NCBI GenBank assembly: GCA_036012755.1
Contig: DASCPX010000071.1
Span: forward strand, 1-64,000
From: Myxococcota bacterium
Lineage (GTDB): Bacteria > Myxococcota_A > UBA796 > CAJQPC01
Reading direction: 5' to 3'
DNA length: 64,000 nucleotides
A program made the translations under genes and the position numbers. Numbering within the stretch: position 1 is the first letter of the stretch; every line of letters begins with the position of its first letter. The notes below the pieces were generated by a model. The model was not told the origin of the DNA and ran no database searches. It worked only from the letters and a program-made list of their open reading frames with translations. Positions 47,578-56,419 of this stretch are shown here, piece after piece.

Positions 47578-50500
47578 TCAATCCTCGATCCACTCGCCGC
47601 GCTGCACCAGGGTGAGCTTGTGCAGCTCGTCGCGAGCCCGGGCGTGGCTGATCCTGCGCGCGGCGAGGTCATCCAGGATGCGATCGGCGCGCCAGCGGCG
47701 CACGACGCCGAGGAAGGGATCCACGAGTTCGTCGACCAGCGCGCGGAACAGGCCCTTCTCGCCGGCGATGGCCACCCGCGACATCACCTTGCCGCGGACC
47801 CGCAGCTCGTGCTGGATCAACCGGGACACGTCGGCGGCCAGCGCCGGCAGGCGCTCCTGCGGGAGGGACTCCAAGGCGCGGGCGACCTCCTGGCAGAGCG
47901 GGATGCACCACTCCTTCCACTCGCGGAGCGCCGCCATGCCGCGACGGGCGACCTCTGGATCCCGATCCCCCAGCTGCTCGACCCACTCCATCGGGCGCCG
48001 GGCGTAGACCCAGCGGTAGACCAGGTCGAGGCCCGTGCCCTTGATGTTCTGGCAAGACATGACCCGCACCAGCGTTCCCACCGGGCAGCTCATGGCGATG
48101 CGCTCGTTGATGGCGTCACCGGTCGCTCCGGCGTCCGGGACGAAGACCACGTGGCGCAGGAAGATGGTCCGGTAGACCCGGCCGACGTGTGCGGAGAGCT
48201 CCCGACCGTAGCTCCCATCGCGGGCGGCCTCGATGCAGGCCTTGCGAAGGGCGCGGAACATCAGCGCCTCGACCGCGAGCTCGACCCATTGATCGCCAGC
48301 ACCCGCCAGGCCGAAGTCCCGATCCCGGGCGTCGTGGAAGAGCGCCTCCGGGTGGGCGTTGGGGTGAAAGATCGTGCCCGCTTCGTCTCCCAGGCCCCGC
48401 AGCCGCGAGGCCAGCTCACCCAGCAGCAGCCGGGCTCCGTCCGACTCCAGCGGTGTCGCAGGCACATCCTCCACCAGGGTGTGGAGCTCGTGGCAGATCT
48501 CCTCTGTGCCCGAGCCCTCCATGTCGAGGCGCCGCATCGTCTCCAGCAGGAGCGAGGGCACATCGACGATGCGGAGGTCGTGCTCCAGCGCCGCGAGGCG
48601 GCCCTCCACCGCCGCCGTCCCGCCGCCAAAGACGTCGATGCGCGCGATGTGGTGGTCGAGAGCTTCTGCGATGTAGCCGCGCAGCCCCTCCAGGTTGGTG
48701 CCGATGCAGACATAGCGATGGGCCGCCGCGTCGCTGACCATGATCTCGGCGAAGACCTGCGAGCGAGAGACGCGGTCGTAGCGGTTGTTGAGCACCGCCA
48801 CGAGGAAGGTGCCGGCGTCGTCGATGGCGTCGTGTTGGTCGAAGCCGCAGCGACGCCAGTTGTTCAGGAAGCCGGTCCGCTCGTTCGCGGACGAGCCGTT
48901 GCTGAACTCGAGGATGCGCCCGCGGTGGCGGAGGCGCGGGAAGGTCGCGAGCACACCGAGGTCCGGCACGACGTGGTCGGCCATCAGGACGAGGGCCTCC
49001 TCGACGTCCAGGTCCAGCTGCTCGCAGAGCTCCGCCACCAGCGCGAGGTTCGCCGGGTGCTCCTGGTAGGGGAAGCGCGCCTGCAGGTCCTCTGGCACGG
49101 CCGCGATGCCGTCCTCGTCGACCTCGATGAGCGTGGTCCCGAGCTTCCGGGCCCGCTCGCGCAGGACAGAGGTCATCTGGGTCTCGGTGGTGATCGCGAC
49201 GGCCCCTGCAGGCACGAAGCGCGCGATGGTCTCGGCGACGTCGTCGCCCGTGGGCCCCATCACGTCCTCGTGGTCCGGGTAGGTGTTCGTGATCGTGCTG
49301 ATGTCGTCGCGGGTCCAGTTGAGCTGCAGCTGCTCGACATACTCGGGGCGCAGGGCCATGCACTCCCAGACGAAGACCTCGGCCCCCAGACGCGCCGACT
49401 GCTCCAGCATCTCCGCGTGCTCCCAGATGGTGGCGCGGTCGAAGGGGCGGAAGAGGTAGACCTCGACGGCACCTTGGAGCGGAGGCGTGCGCATCAGCAT
49501 CGCCTCGCACCCGGTGGTCTTGCAGACGACGTCGTAGCCAAGGCCCTCGAAGAGCGCCGCCTTCAAGCGAGCGACGCCGCTCTTTCCGCGCGTGCCCCAG
49601 CCCCCGATGACGAGCGGGATCGACTCGCGTGCCTTCCTGGTCCGCAGCTTGCCGAGGCCGAGCCTGAGGAAGAAGACGAAGCCGACGATGCTCGCGACGA
49701 GGGCGAGATCGACTGGCTCTACCGGGTGCAGGGCGAGGAAGCGGTTGAGCTCGTCGAGGACGGCGACCGCGACGATCGGCGCGATGCCAGAGTCCGTCGG
49801 CGCGTTCCAGTCGTCGACCCCGGGGAAGAGCTTGGGGACCCGGGGGTCGACTCCACCGTGGTGTGGCTCGAACCGGATCTGGAAGCCCAGGTCGCGCAGG
49901 GCCTCTGCGTAGCCGCCCAGCCCGGCGGAGTCGTTGGCGCGCAGGGACTCGCTGCGCAGGGCGGAGAGCTCACCCACGCTCCACGACAGCCTCAACCCGG
50001 CCCACAGGCGGCCGAGCCCGCCAGGAGGTCGGATGAAGGTCCAGCCCTGCTCGGAGAGCACGCGCAGCTCGCCACGCCAGAGACCGTCGACGAGCACGTC
50101 CGGCAGGGGAAGCCAGGGACACCAGCTCCGCCACGCCTCCTCGAACACGGGGCGTCCCGGGACCTCTGTCGGCGACACGTCCGCCATCTGCGGCGGCGGC
50201 ACCAGCACCTGGCCGCGAATGCTCCGTCCGCTCAGGTGGTCCCCGCCCTGGCGCTTGCCGGGGTCTCCGATGCGGGCCTCGTGCAGGACTCGCCAGAGCC
50301 TCAGGACGCGCCGTTGGCCGCGGTGCACCCTCACCCGCCGGCGACCGAGCTCCTCGAGGCCGAAGCCCTCGTCCCGCTGGGTCCGCTTCAGCAGCAGGCG
50401 TGCGAGGCTGTCGATCGAGGTGCCCTCTGGCAGGGTGACGGTCTCGCTCCCTCCCACGGGCATCGCCGCGAGCTGGTCCGCGAGGCCCTCTGCCGGGACC

Positions 50501-51540
50501 GGCTGGGCCTGCACCCTGGCAGAGGCGAGGTGGCGACTGGCGCGCACACGCACCGACTCCGCCGGGTCCTCGTCCCGCAGGCGGGTCAGGAGCTGGCGAG
50601 CGTTCGGCAAGGGAGAGTGGGCCAGCGCCTCGCTCAGCGCGCAGCGCACGGTCTCGGAGGGATCGGTGCGCGCGATCATGAAGGCGTTGCGCGTCGTGTT
50701 CGGACCGATCTCGACGGCGAGTCGGATGGCCGCGGCGCGGACGAGGAAGTCGTCCCGCAGCGCTCGCTCGTGCCGCATGGGAGGCTCCAGCCGCTGGAGC
50801 AGCAGGCGGGCGGCGTTCTGCTCGTCCATGCCCCCGAGCATCTGGATGGCCCGGCGGGCCACCAGCGGATCGCCTCCGCGCTCCATCGCGAGGGTCATCA
50901 GACGGTCGATGCGATCGGCGGAGGTCTCGATCAGCGCCCCGTCCCGGTCCTTTCCGGTGCCCAGGACCGAGGCAACCCAGGGCGCCAGCGTCCCCACCGC
51001 GGCCCGGCGTGTCGGGGGGTGAGGCGAGTCGATGAGGCGGTCGAGGAAGACCGCGGGCTGGCCTCGCAGCGGATGATGGCGCAAGACGCGGGCGAGGATC
51101 TCGAGGTCGACGAAGAGCTCCCGCGCCTCTGCGTCGAGGCGCTCCATGAGCGCGTCCATGTCCATCCAGCGGTCGAGGGCGGCGATGTCGTCGCGCAGCT
51201 CCCTGGCGTCCTCGACGCTGGTGCGGAGGTGGTGAAGCAGCACCGCCCGGCGCTCGGCGTCGGTCCGAACGCCCTCATGAGCGGTGAGCAGCTCACGCCG
51301 GCGCGTCCGGACCTGGGCGTACTTCGTGAGCAGGGCGTCACCCTCGACGCACACAGCGGTGGCGAAGCCGTGGTCGCTGTCCTCGTCGGGAACAGCCGAC
51401 CTCATGTCCGCCTCGATGCGCGCGGCGAGGGCGTCGATGCGGCCAGCGTGGACGCGCACCATCAGCGGGGGCAGCCAGCGGCTAAGGGCACGACCGCCAG
51501 TGGTCGCGGGGCCCGGTCGAGGCCGGAGATCGGGGTTCAT
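47578..51540 (-). CDS. capB: Giant CapB/PgsB-like poly-gamma-glutamate synthase (Mur-ligase fold) with N-terminal HEAT-repeat region
   Basis: Motifs GTRGKS, KTTG, ECMAL, ITN..DHEDVMGP, NNRYDRVSRS and QNIKG; TM before the ligase domain; HEAT-like DPSETVR and DPAESVR. Confidence 0.88.
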   Translation of the reverse strand: MNPDLRPRPGPATTGGRALSRWLPPLMVRVHAGRIDALAARIEADMRSAVPDEDSDHGFATAVCVEGDALLTKYAQVRTRRRELLTAHEGVRTDAERRAVLLHHLRTSVEDARELRDDIAALDRWMDMDALMERLDAEARELFVDLEILARVLRHHPLRGQPAVFLDRLIDSPHPPTRRAAVGTLAPWVASVLGTGKDRDGALIETSADRIDRLMTLAMERGGDPLVARRAIQMLGGMDEQNAARLLLQRLEPPMRHERALRDDFLVRAAAIRLAVEIGPNTTRNAFMIARTDPSETVRCALSEALAHSPLPNARQLLTRLRDEDPAESVRVRASRHLASARVQAQPVPAEGLADQLAAMPVGGSETVTLPEGTSIDSLARLLLKRTQRDEGFGLEELGRRRVRVHRGQRRVLRLWRVLHEARIGDPGKRQGGDHLSGRSIRGQVLVPPPQMADVSPTEVPGRPVFEEAWRSWCPWLPLPDVLVDGLWRGELRVLSEQGWTFIRPPGGLGRLWAGLRLSWSVGELSALRSESLRANDSAGLGGYAEALRDLGFQIRFEPHHGGVDPRVPKLFPGVDDWNAPTDSGIAPIVAVAVLDELNRFLALHPVEPVDLALVASIVGFVFFLRLGLGKLRTRKARESIPLVIGGWGTRGKSGVARLKAALFEGLGYDVVCKTTGCEAMLMRTPPLQGAVEVYLFRPFDRATIWEHAEMLEQSARLGAEVFVWECMALRPEYVEQLQLNWTRDDISTITNTYPDHEDVMGPTGDDVAETIARFVPAGAVAITTETQMTSVLRERARKLGTTLIEVDEDGIAAVPEDLQARFPYQEHPANLALVAELCEQLDLDVEEALVLMADHVVPDLGVLATFPRLRHRGRILEFSNGSSANERTGFLNNWRRCGFDQHDAIDDAGTFLVAVLNNRYDRVSRSQVFAEIMVSDAAAHRYVCIGTNLEGLRGYIAEALDHHIARIDVFGGGTAAVEGRLAALEHDLRIVDVPSLLLETMRRLDMEGSGTEEICHELHTLVEDVPATPLESDGARLLLGELASRLRGLGDEAGTIFHPNAHPEALFHDARDRDFGLAGAGDQWVELAVEALMFRALRKACIEAARDGSYGRELSAHVGRVYRTIFLRHVVFVPDAGATGDAINERIAMSCPVGTLVRVMSCQNIKGTGLDLVYRWVYARRPMEWVEQLGDRDPEVARRGMAALREWKEWCIPLCQEVARALESLPQERLPALAADVSRLIQHELRVRGKVMSRVAIAGEKGLFRALVDELVDPFLGVVRRWRADRILDDLAARRISHARARDELHKLTLVQRGEWIED

Positions 51541-54500
51541 CGCATCCCCTCCGGCAGCTCACGGGCCATGTAGTAGACCTCGTCGATAGGTGGATGATCG
51601 CGCAGACCGCGGCGCCGGCTGGTCTCCAAGGTGACGCGAACCCGCACGTCCGCGAGGTTCTGCATCGGGTAGTAGCGGGCGCGACCGTCGAGCACGAGGC
51701 GGCGCGTCGGGCTGCGCCACATCGGCACAGTGAGGTAGGCGTCCATCGACGGTCGCCAGAACCCGAAGTCCCGGTGAAGGTCTTGGAAGCGGTACTCCAT
51801 CGTGGCGCCGACCCCGGTGTAGATGGGGTCGGCTATCTGCAGGTCCGCGCCGATCCGTCCGGAGAGCCGATCCACGCTGGGGCCGGCGTTCGAGTAGCCG
51901 CGAAGGGTGTTGCGAACGCGCAGGTCCTTGTGGCGACGCCAGTCCGCGTGGGCGCCAAGGCCGATGCCCCAGGGGTGGTCGACGTTGAACTGGGTCCAGG
52001 CCCGGGGATCCACCTTGCCCATCGGGGCCGGCGACCAGACCCCGGCGTGACCCTGGACGAAGGGCTCGAAGCGCCACCACAGGCCGACCCAGCGCCTGTA
52101 GCGGAGCTCCGTGGACAGCGCGACGTGGCCGGCTCCGAAGGACCTCCAGGTGCGCAGATCGGCGCTCGCGGCGAGCATCGGTGGCATCCACGTCCAGCCG
52201 GCGCGAGCCCCCACAGATGGCACCAGCTGCAGCGACTCCCGCCCGAGCACCTGGGCATCGACCCAGTGGCGCGTGGTCCCGACCCGGTAGAGCCAGGCGG
52301 CGTCTGCCTGGGCGTACCACCAGTGGCGCAGGTCCGTTGGGAAGATGGACACGTCGTCGCCGACCTCCGCGCCGAGGACCAGCGTGCCTCCGTCCCCCAT
52401 CGGGCGAGGGGTGCGCTCCAGCGGATGGGCGACCCGGTTCATCCAGATCCGGGTGGCCCAGGCGCTCGGTCCATAGGGCTCCGGGGCGTCGGGAGCCAGC
52501 GCGCGCGTGGCGAGCCGCTCGACCGGATCGTGCCTCGGTCCGTCCAGATCGTGGCGTGCGACCGTGATCAGCGCTCCAGGGGGGCCCGTGACCATGACCG
52601 AGACCGGCCCCTCCGCCTCGATGGCCATGACGCCGGAGTCGACGACCTCCATGCTGTCGCCGTCAGCCGAGACCGTCACCGGGCCTCCGTCGTGGACCCT
52701 GACCCGCAGCAGCGTGGGGCCGAGGACCGTGACCCCCGCGCCCCGCCGGCCGACCTTGTGGGTGGTGACCGTGACGACCGGCGGCAGCAACTCGCCGTCG
52801 AGCTCGGCCCGGACGCCGACAGCCGAGTGATCCTCCCAGAGGGGTCGCAGGATGAGCTCGTGAGCGTCTGCGGGGAGCATCGCGGACCACGAGCCGAAGC
52901 GCCCATCTGGGATCTCCACGACCTCGGGGACACCGTTGAGCTCGATCTCGACCCGGCACGGCTTGGGATCGAGCCGCGTGGTCTCGTCCCGGCACAGCAT
53001 CTCCAGCACGAGCTCGCCCCCGCCCGTGAACTCGAGGCGGTCCTCGCGCCCTCCGCGGACGACCGCGACCTCCGCGCCAGGCCAGGGCATGCCCAGGGAG
53101 GCCTCGCGCGTGACGGCGAAGAGGCCGTCTTCCAGGAGGGTCGGCGGCTCGCGCTGGATGCGCACGTTCACCACCCCGGCGTCCCGGTCGAGGGAGCTCA
53201 GCACGCTCCAACTGCCGGCGTACTCAGCGCGCCGGCCCTCGTCGGCCCCAGCCGGCCCAGCGCTGTCAGCCGCCTTCCACGCCTCCAGGACCCGCCCCTG
53301 TTCCAGGAAGAGCCGGCTGGCCTCGCGGTAGAGGAAGGGCTGGAGGTCAGGCCGCACCAGGGACACCAGGTCGAGCCAGTCCTCCGGCTCCACGGGCTCC
53401 AGCGGCGGGAGTCGCCCTTCCCTCGCGAGCGCCGCATCCGCCGTGGCAGGCCCGACGACCGCGACGAAGCCCCCTGGCGCGATCGGAGCTCGGGCCTCCT
53501 GGCGCTGCCGCTCGGTCGTTCCGGGCAGGTAGAGCACGAGGTTGGCTTCGCCGCGGGCGGTGCCTCGGAATCCCAGGGCGACGAAGGCCCCGGCGCGGCG
53601 AAGTCGCTGGTCGGCGATCGCCTGCCCCGTGCCATCGGCGTTGAGCAGCTCGACGAGGAACCGACTGGCTTGTTCCAGCTCCTCGAGGGGATCTCCCACC
53701 GGCTCCGGGAGCGCCCGATCGGCCCGCGGGACCGTTCGCCGCAGCGCCAGGGAGACCTCGACGTCGTCGTCGGAGTCGACCCCCACGATGCGAGACCACG
53801 GGCCCATCGGGAGGACGAAGTGGGCGCTGGGTTCACCTTCGACCTCTGGCGCCGAGACGCTCATCGTCCAGGTCATGCCGTCGTCGGTCCAGGCAAGGAG
53901 CTCGCCGGGGCCGCCGTAGACCGTGACCGCGATCTGGGCCGGAGCGCCAGGCTCGATGAGGCTCCACACCGCCGGCAGCGACGCGATCTGTTGCTCGTAG
54001 ACCCGCTCGCCACCCTCCACGACGTGGTCCGGGTCGAGCAGGAGCAGCTCGCCCTCCAGGACCTCGACGAGGTGCGGCACGTCGGGCTCGAAGCCCTCGA
54101 AGAGCTCGCCGGCGCCGTGCAGCCCAACGTGGTCGAGGCGGTAGGTGACCGCGTGGTCCGCCTGCAGACGCGCCACGGGGATGCCGCGCGGGTGGAGGGG
54201 AAGCAAGAGCTGCGCCTCCTGGCCTGCCGAGACACGGACGCGGGCGATGCCGGGGCTCTGGCTCACCAGCCGCGCCTCGGACTCGCCCTCCAGAAGCGGC
54301 AAGCTGGTCCAGCGACTCGCCGCGGAGCCCCGGGCGTCGAGGTGGGCGAGCCAGCGGATGGCCTCTCCCCGAGGTCGGACGAAGCCCCGCGCGACCCGAT
54401 CCGCGAGTCCGGCGAGGAGCTCGGGGTCGTCCGGGAGGAGCTCGGCGAAGGGCACCACCAGGTCTGGGTCGATGTCCCTCACCAGGACTGCGCGCTCCGC

Positions 54501-55592
54501 GATGGCGTGGAGCAGCAGCGGATCCGTCAGGTCCTCGAGCCAGAAGCGCAGGGCGTATTGGGGATCCTCGACCAGCCTCGCGAGGCGGACACGCGCCAGC
54601 GCCTCGCCTGGACGCTCGTGCAGGTCGAAGGCTGCCTCCCGGGCCTCCTCGTTCTCTCCCAGCACCCACGCTGCCTCCATCCGGCGCACGCTACCCTCGG
54701 GCCACTCGGTCTCGTGGAGGGCATCCAGGGCGCGGACGTAGCGCCAGCTGGGGCGTGGCCGCTCGATGGATGGGTTGATCCAGAAGCCCCGCTCCTGACC
54801 TGCAGTGATCCGCACGGCGTGCACCCCCGGTGGGATGAAGATGGCGGACCGCCGCGCCCAGGACAGGCCCGGGTTCTCCGGGTCCTCGCTGGCCCGCCGT
54901 GTCCACTCGCCGAGCCAGTGGCCGTCTCGCTCGAGGCCGATCTCCAGCGCGCCGAACTCGCCCACCTCCAGCTCCATGCGCGCATCGAGCAGAAGCACCC
55001 CCGGGCCCTCGACCGCGACGGCGCTCTCACCTCCCGGGGCGACCCAGAGGGGCTCTCCGACCTCTCGCGCGTGGTCGGTGATCCCGCGAGCGCGCGCCAC
55101 CTCCAGCTCGAAGAGCATCGTCGCGATCAGGAAGCCGCTGTCGAGCTCATCGGCCTCTTCGAGCGCTGCCCGTCGCGCCGCCCAGCTGTGGTGAAGGACG
55201 CCGAGCTCGGCCGGAGCCTCTGGCAGCTCGCCGCCTTCCTTCGCCCAGGCCGCGAGCTCCCGCTCGTAGCGATCCCAGATCGCCGGCTCGAAGCTCGCGC
55301 TCTCGCGCCAGAGACGGACCTTGGCTTCGGTCAGGACCCGCAGCTCGATCACTCGGCGGGTGCCGTACTCGGGCACGAGCAGGGTGCCGGCGGGTCCCGC
55401 GGCCAGTCCCAGGTCCAGGCCCTCGTACTCGACCTCGACTCGCGTATCGGGCGGATCCAGCTGCAACAGGATGCGCCTCCCCGTCGCCTGCTCGAGGTAC
55501 AGCACGTCCTCTGGGAGCACCCTCGAGGTCTGCTCCGGGAGCCAGCTGCCAGCAGCTGCCTGCGCGACCAGGACCAGCAGCAAGAACATCAC
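51537..55592 (-). CDS. Large secreted envelope protein with putative C-terminal outer-membrane beta-barrel
   Basis: Signal peptide MMFLLLVLVAQA; beta-sandwich and TPR-like segments; the last ~280 aa show alternating aromatic/hydrophobic strands. Coupled on both sides by 4-nt overlaps. Confidence 0.7.
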   Translation of the reverse strand: MMFLLLVLVAQAAAGSWLPEQTSRVLPEDVLYLEQATGRRILLQLDPPDTRVEVEYEGLDLGLAAGPAGTLLVPEYGTRRVIELRVLTEAKVRLWRESASFEPAIWDRYERELAAWAKEGGELPEAPAELGVLHHSWAARRAALEEADELDSGFLIATMLFELEVARARGITDHAREVGEPLWVAPGGESAVAVEGPGVLLLDARMELEVGEFGALEIGLERDGHWLGEWTRRASEDPENPGLSWARRSAIFIPPGVHAVRITAGQERGFWINPSIERPRPSWRYVRALDALHETEWPEGSVRRMEAAWVLGENEEAREAAFDLHERPGEALARVRLARLVEDPQYALRFWLEDLTDPLLLHAIAERAVLVRDIDPDLVVPFAELLPDDPELLAGLADRVARGFVRPRGEAIRWLAHLDARGSAASRWTSLPLLEGESEARLVSQSPGIARVRVSAGQEAQLLLPLHPRGIPVARLQADHAVTYRLDHVGLHGAGELFEGFEPDVPHLVEVLEGELLLLDPDHVVEGGERVYEQQIASLPAVWSLIEPGAPAQIAVTVYGGPGELLAWTDDGMTWTMSVSAPEVEGEPSAHFVLPMGPWSRIVGVDSDDDVEVSLALRRTVPRADRALPEPVGDPLEELEQASRFLVELLNADGTGQAIADQRLRRAGAFVALGFRGTARGEANLVLYLPGTTERQRQEARAPIAPGGFVAVVGPATADAALAREGRLPPLEPVEPEDWLDLVSLVRPDLQPFLYREASRLFLEQGRVLEAWKAADSAGPAGADEGRRAEYAGSWSVLSSLDRDAGVVNVRIQREPPTLLEDGLFAVTREASLGMPWPGAEVAVVRGGREDRLEFTGGGELVLEMLCRDETTRLDPKPCRVEIELNGVPEVVEIPDGRFGSWSAMLPADAHELILRPLWEDHSAVGVRAELDGELLPPVVTVTTHKVGRRGAGVTVLGPTLLRVRVHDGGPVTVSADGDSMEVVDSGVMAIEAEGPVSVMVTGPPGALITVARHDLDGPRHDPVERLATRALAPDAPEPYGPSAWATRIWMNRVAHPLERTPRPMGDGGTLVLGAEVGDDVSIFPTDLRHWWYAQADAAWLYRVGTTRHWVDAQVLGRESLQLVPSVGARAGWTWMPPMLAASADLRTWRSFGAGHVALSTELRYRRWVGLWWRFEPFVQGHAGVWSPAPMGKVDPRAWTQFNVDHPWGIGLGAHADWRRHKDLRVRNTLRGYSNAGPSVDRLSGRIGADLQIADPIYTGVGATMEYRFQDLHRDFGFWRPSMDAYLTVPMWRSPTRRLVLDGRARYYPMQNLADVRVRVTLETSRRRGLRDHPPIDEVYYMARELPEGMR

Positions 55593-56419
55593 CGAGCCCA
55601 GCCCTCCAACATCTCCGCGAAGTCAGCTCGAAGCTCGGGGTCCTCGACCAGGTGCTTGCGAGCCTTGGAGGAGAGCTCGAGGTGAAGGAAGCGCGCCCGC
55701 GACGACAGCGCGATGCCCTGGGCGTTGCGACGTCCGGCCAGCTTGGGCACGGTCTCGCCGGAGGCTGCCCTGCCCCGCAGCAGGAAGTCGAGGTCCCCGC
55801 GGAACTCGGCGAGCACGTCCGGGTCGTGCAGGGCCGAGCCCGGAGAGAGCACGGCGACGGCGCGGGTCTGCTTCTTGCCGAAGCCGTGGAGCTGGATGAC
55901 CAGGGGCTGGTCGAGGCCCTCCACCGCCCCCAGCGTGAAGGCCTGGAACAGGGTGTCGTTGAGGTCGGCGAGGTCGGCGTTGACCCCCTCCACGCCATAG
56001 CGCTGGCCGGAGTTCAGCATGAGGACCTGGCCGACCCCCTCCTCGAACAGCAGGCATGACAAGCGCCCGGTCTTGAGGTCGAACCAGGCATGCGGCGCCT
56101 GGAGCACGATGTTGTGCTCGACCTCGCCCAGGCGCACGACGTAGATGCCGTCGGCGGCGCCACCGACGGGCCGCAACAGGACGAAGCCGGCGCCATACTC
56201 GACGTCGAACCCCAAGGCCGAGGCGCGACGCTCGAAGTCCTGGGGCACGACCCCGCTGGGGGCGGTGCGGACGACCTCTGCGAAGAACTGGGTGGCGATT
56301 GCCTGCTCGCTCGGGGCGAGGCTGTTGGGGACCGCGTCGATGCGGGCGGCGTCGACAGCCTCCCAGAGCGCGGAGGGGTCCGGGCGCGCGAGAGCAAGGG
56401 CGATCAGGAGGTGGATCAT
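55589..56419 (-). CDS. Secreted Zn-carboxypeptidase-fold protein (N-formylglutamate amidohydrolase / PGA-hydrolase-like)
   Basis: Signal peptide; motifs VLQAPH..D..T, IQLHGF and FLHLELS. The family assignment is an inference. Confidence 0.6.
   Translation of the reverse strand: MIHLLIALALARPDPSALWEAVDAARIDAVPNSLAPSEQAIATQFFAEVVRTAPSGVVPQDFERRASALGFDVEYGAGFVLLRPVGGAADGIYVVRLGEVEHNIVLQAPHAWFDLKTGRLSCLLFEEGVGQVLMLNSGQRYGVEGVNADLADLNDTLFQAFTLGAVEGLDQPLVIQLHGFGKKQTRAVAVLSPGSALHDPDVLAEFRGDLDFLLRGRAASGETVPKLAGRRNAQGIALSSRARFLHLELSSKARKHLVEDPELRADFAEMLEGWAR

Noticed and set aside
47620..55685. Very long + strand ORFs (47620-51573, 51594-55685)
   Set aside because: They are antisense shadows of motif-bearing minus-strand genes, expected with high GC3, and contain no recognisable motifs.
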